A DNA stretch of 10,404 nucleotides from an uncultured bacterium (lineage in GTDB: Bacteria > Hydrogenedentota > Hydrogenedentia > Hydrogenedentales > JAEUWI01): assembly GCA_963977445.1 (NCBI GenBank), contig CAXBPH010000247.1, positions 1-10,404 on the forward strand. The letters are read 5' to 3'. The position numbers and the translations under genes were made by a program. The notes under the pieces were generated by a model. That model did no database searches, was not told the origin of the DNA, and saw only the letters and a list, made by a program, of their open reading frames with translations. This document shows positions 8,009 through 10,404 of the stretch, piece after piece (the stretch's first letter is position 1; each line of letters begins with the position of its first letter).

Positions 8009-8731
8009 ATGATTGCTCCGTCACCCGAGAACGAAAGCGAGCGCATCCGCAAACTGACAACCCTCGAACTCCTAGATACCCTTCCGGAAAAAACTTACGA
8101 CGACATTACCTATCTGGCTGCGGAAATTGCGGATACGCCCATCGCACTCGTAAGTCTCATTGACCAGGAACGACAGTGGTTCAAAGCCCGTGTTGGGCTC
8201 GATGTAACGGAGACATCCCGCGATTTCGCTTTTTGTGCCCACGCAATACTGACGCCGGGTGAGACGTTGGTCGTCCCCGATGCCGAGTGTGATCCGCGCT
8301 TTGCCGATAATCCATTGGTGACGGGTGATCCCAAAATACGGTTCTATGCGGGTGCCCCACTGGTCCTGTCGGATGGAATCGCCCTCGGAACCCTCTGCGT
8401 CATCGACCGGAAACCCCGATCATTGACCGACCGACAACTCCGGGCGCTTGAAGTGCTCTCAAGGCAAGTCGTTGCCCAAATCGAATTGCGGCAAGCCCTG
8501 AATAAAGTAAAGCAATTGGGCTCCATGCTCCCCATATGTGCCCATTGCAAGAATATCCGCGATGACAAGGGCTACTGGGAAGAGGTGGAGAGTTACATCT
8601 CCAAACACTCCGACACCCAGTTCACCCACGGAATTTGTCCCGATTGCATCGAAGCCAATTTTCCTGAATTCCAAGGTACGCGAGCAGCGTCGAAGCCGAA
8701 TATTTCCGAGCCACCGACGAGCCAGGACTGA
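8009..8731 (+). CDS. GAF-domain protein with C-terminal CxxC...HGICPxC putative zinc-binding domain
   Basis: 240 aa. GAF motifs LLDTLPE, PIALVSLIDQERQWFKA, FCAHAI, DPRFADNPLV, IRFYAGAPL and GTLCVID. A short helix leads into LPICAHCKNIRDDKGYW...FTHGICPDC. SD-like GGAAAGG 6 nt upstream. Confidence 0.9.
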   Translation: MIAPSPENESERIRKLTTLELLDTLPEKTYDDITYLAAEIADTPIALVSLIDQERQWFKARVGLDVTETSRDFAFCAHAILTPGETLVVPDAECDPRFADNPLVTGDPKIRFYAGAPLVLSDGIALGTLCVIDRKPRSLTDRQLRALEVLSRQVVAQIELRQALNKVKQLGSMLPICAHCKNIRDDKGYWEEVESYISKHSDTQFTHGICPDCIEANFPEFQGTRAASKPNISEPPTSQD

Positions 8732-8741
8732 CCCGAGGTTA

Positions 8742-8770
8742 TTCCCTTTTCCCGCCGTAACCTTTATACT
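8742..8770 (+). promoter_or_regulatory. Possible sigma70-type promoter for the cytochrome gene
   Basis: TTCCCT-17 nt-TATACT, ending 41 nt upstream of ATG 8812. The -10 match is good and the -35 is weak. Confidence 0.3.
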
Positions 8771-8811
8771 CACGGGGTAATAGTCCTCATCAGAAAAGGT
8801 CTCGGCATACC

Positions 8812-10404
8812 ATGCACAAACCCACATCCCACCACGCGAATACAGCTCGGAAACCATGGAATAGATGCAGCACGCTACCCATCTGCACGGTCCTTCTCGC
8901 CCTATCCCTGGCCGCACCACTACGGGCCGACGATATCGACTTTGAGCGACAGATTCGGCCCCTACTCGCCAAAAACTGCTATGCGTGCCACGGCCCCGAA
9001 AAACAAAAGTCCGGCCTGAGACTCGATACAGCACAAGCCATGGCCAATGGTGGCTCCCGGGGGACCGCTGTTGTGCCCGGCGATAAGGAAAGCCTCCTCC
9101 TCCAGGCCGTGCACCAGACGGGCGAACTCAAAATGCCACCGGATGGCCCCCTGCCCGCTGCCGATATTGAAACCCTGTCCCAGTGGATCCTCGCCGGGGC
9201 CCAATGGCCCGAATATGAAGCGAAGGTCGTCTCAAAAGACATCACCTTCCAGGAAGCCCGGAGTAAACACTGGGCCTATCAACCCCTCAACACCAATCCG
9301 CCCCCCGCCGTGGCCACAAGCACCTGGGCCCACAACCCCATCGACCAATACATCGCCCGCGCCCGCGATACCGCAGGGCTCCCCCCGTCACCCCCTGCCG
9401 ACAAGCGCACCCTCATTCGGCGCGTCACCTATGATCTCACCGGGCTGCCGCCCACCCCCGAAGCGGTAGACGCCTTTCTCGCGGACGAAGCACCCGACGC
9501 CTACGCCAATCTGGTCGAGAGCCTCCTCGCTTCGCCGCGCTATGGCGAACGTTGGGCACGGCACTGGCTCGACGTGGTCCGCTATACCGACTCTTTCGAC
9601 TCCCGGGGCACCGACAAGACCGACCCCATCGAAATCTGGCGCTACCGCGACTGGGTCGTCAACGCCATCAATGAAGACATGCCCTACGATAAATTCGTCC
9701 GCTACCAGATCGCCGGGGACCTCCTCCCCACCAAGGAAGGCACCTTTAACCGCGACGGCCTCATCGCCACCGGCATGCTCGCCATCGGACACTGGCCCCA
9801 GGGCGATGCCGACAAGCAGAAAATGGTCAGCGACATTGTCGACGACCAGGTGGACGTCGTCACCCGCACCTTGCTCGGCGTAACCATGGCCTGTGCACGG
9901 TGCCACGACCATAAATTCGACCCCTTCTCCACGGCAGAATACTACGGTCTGGCGGGCATCTTTTTCAGCAGCTCTATCCTCCCCGGCCCCGGCGCGAAGA
10001 CCGAAGGTTCCCCCATCTCCCACCTGCCCCTGGCCTCACCGGAATATATGGCTAAACGGACCGCCGACGACGAGGAACTGACGAAATTAAGGGAAGAGAA
10101 AGAGACGAGCCTCAATGCAGCCCGGGCGGCCTTCACCGACCAGCACCTCGCCATGACCGACCGCTATCTCCGCGCCGTCTTTGAACAGAGTACGCCTCCG
10201 CGGTGCCGTTACCCCTGCCCTCAACAACATCAACGAAAACTTTCAGCAGTTTCCCGGTCTCACCGCCCGCGACGACATCGTTTCGACACCCTCCGCCGTC
10301 GCCAATGTTACCGACAGCGAACTGAAATACAGCACCATCATCCAGCCGCCCCACTCCCTCGTCATGCACCCCGGGGCCGCCGAAGATGTGGGTATCGGTT
10401 GGGC
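8812..10404 (+). CDS. Planctomycete-type cytochrome c domain protein (PSCyt1 + DUF1549/PSCyt2; PSD1/DUF1553 expected downstream); 3' partial, apparent frameshift near 10190
   Basis: My translation from ATG 8812 gives a signal peptide (ICTVLLALSLAAPLRA) and DFERQIRPLLAKNCYACHG (CxxCH at 8977-8991). Then SGLRLD, KMPP, HWAYQP, NPIDQYI, LIRRVTYDLTGLPPT, YGERWARHWLDVVRY, WRYRDWVVNA and MACARCHDHKFDP (CxxCH at 9892-9906). No stop occurs before the window end, which explains its absence from the ORF track. Confidence 0.92.
   Translation, partial: MHKPTSHHANTARKPWNRCSTLPICTVLLALSLAAPLRADDIDFERQIRPLLAKNCYACHGPEKQKSGLRLDTAQAMANGGSRGTAVVPGDKESLLLQAVHQTGELKMPPDGPLPAADIETLSQWILAGAQWPEYEAKVVSKDITFQEARSKHWAYQPLNTNPPPAVATSTWAHNPIDQYIARARDTAGLPPSPPADKRTLIRRVTYDLTGLPPTPEAVDAFLADEAPDAYANLVESLLASPRYGERWARHWLDVVRYTDSFDSRGTDKTDPIEIWRYRDWVVNAINEDMPYDKFVRYQIAGDLLPTKEGTFNRDGLIATGMLAIGHWPQGDADKQKMVSDIVDDQVDVVTRTLLGVTMACARCHDHKFDPFSTAEYYGLAGIFFSSSILPGPGAKTEGSPISHLPLASPEYMAKRTADDEELTKLREEKETSLNAARAAFTDQHLAMTDRYLRAVFEQSTPPRCRYPCPQQHQRKLSAVSRSHRPRRHRFDTLRRRQCYRQRTEIQHHHPAAPLPRHAPRGRRRCGYRLG

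Noticed and set aside
8004..8012. Minimal upstream ORF ATG-AAA-TGA overlapping the GAF start
   Set aside because: Its ATG is only 1 nt from the SD-like sequence, while the spacing fits ATG 8009. Probably chance.
8459..10369. Minus-strand and alternative-frame ORFs (8459-9034, 9047-9469, 9388-10023 and others)
   Set aside because: These are shadow ORFs of the GC-rich GAF and cytochrome genes and have no motifs of their own.
1..10404. CRISPR array, tRNA or rRNA genes
   Set aside because: I saw no regularly spaced repeats and no cloverleaf or rRNA-like sequence. Nearly all of the window is explained by coding genes.

Overview
Bacterial signalling locus next to a planctomycete-type cytochrome gene. 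The minus strand carries a co-oriented cluster: TonB-dependent receptor (5585-7609), YfiR-family periplasmic protein (4971-~5582), a membrane hybrid histidine kinase with a YfiN-like sensor (1831-4948, split by one extra base at 2727-2728) and a REC-PAS-HD-GYP phosphodiesterase (32-1432). The 3' end of the HD-GYP gene runs into what looks like the terminal inverted repeat of an IS3-family element (1-53). The plus strand carries a GAF protein with a C-terminal CxxC...CxxC domain (8009-8731). It is followed by a PSCyt1/DUF1549 c-type cytochrome gene that the ORF track missed (8812 to the window end, apparent frame change near 10190). The most interesting reading is a non-canonical Yfi trans-envelope system: a TonB-dependent receptor replaces YfiB, and the output is a phosphorelay to a cyclic-dinucleotide phosphodiesterase rather than a diguanylate cyclase. 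All family calls come from motif recognition by eye; no searches were run.
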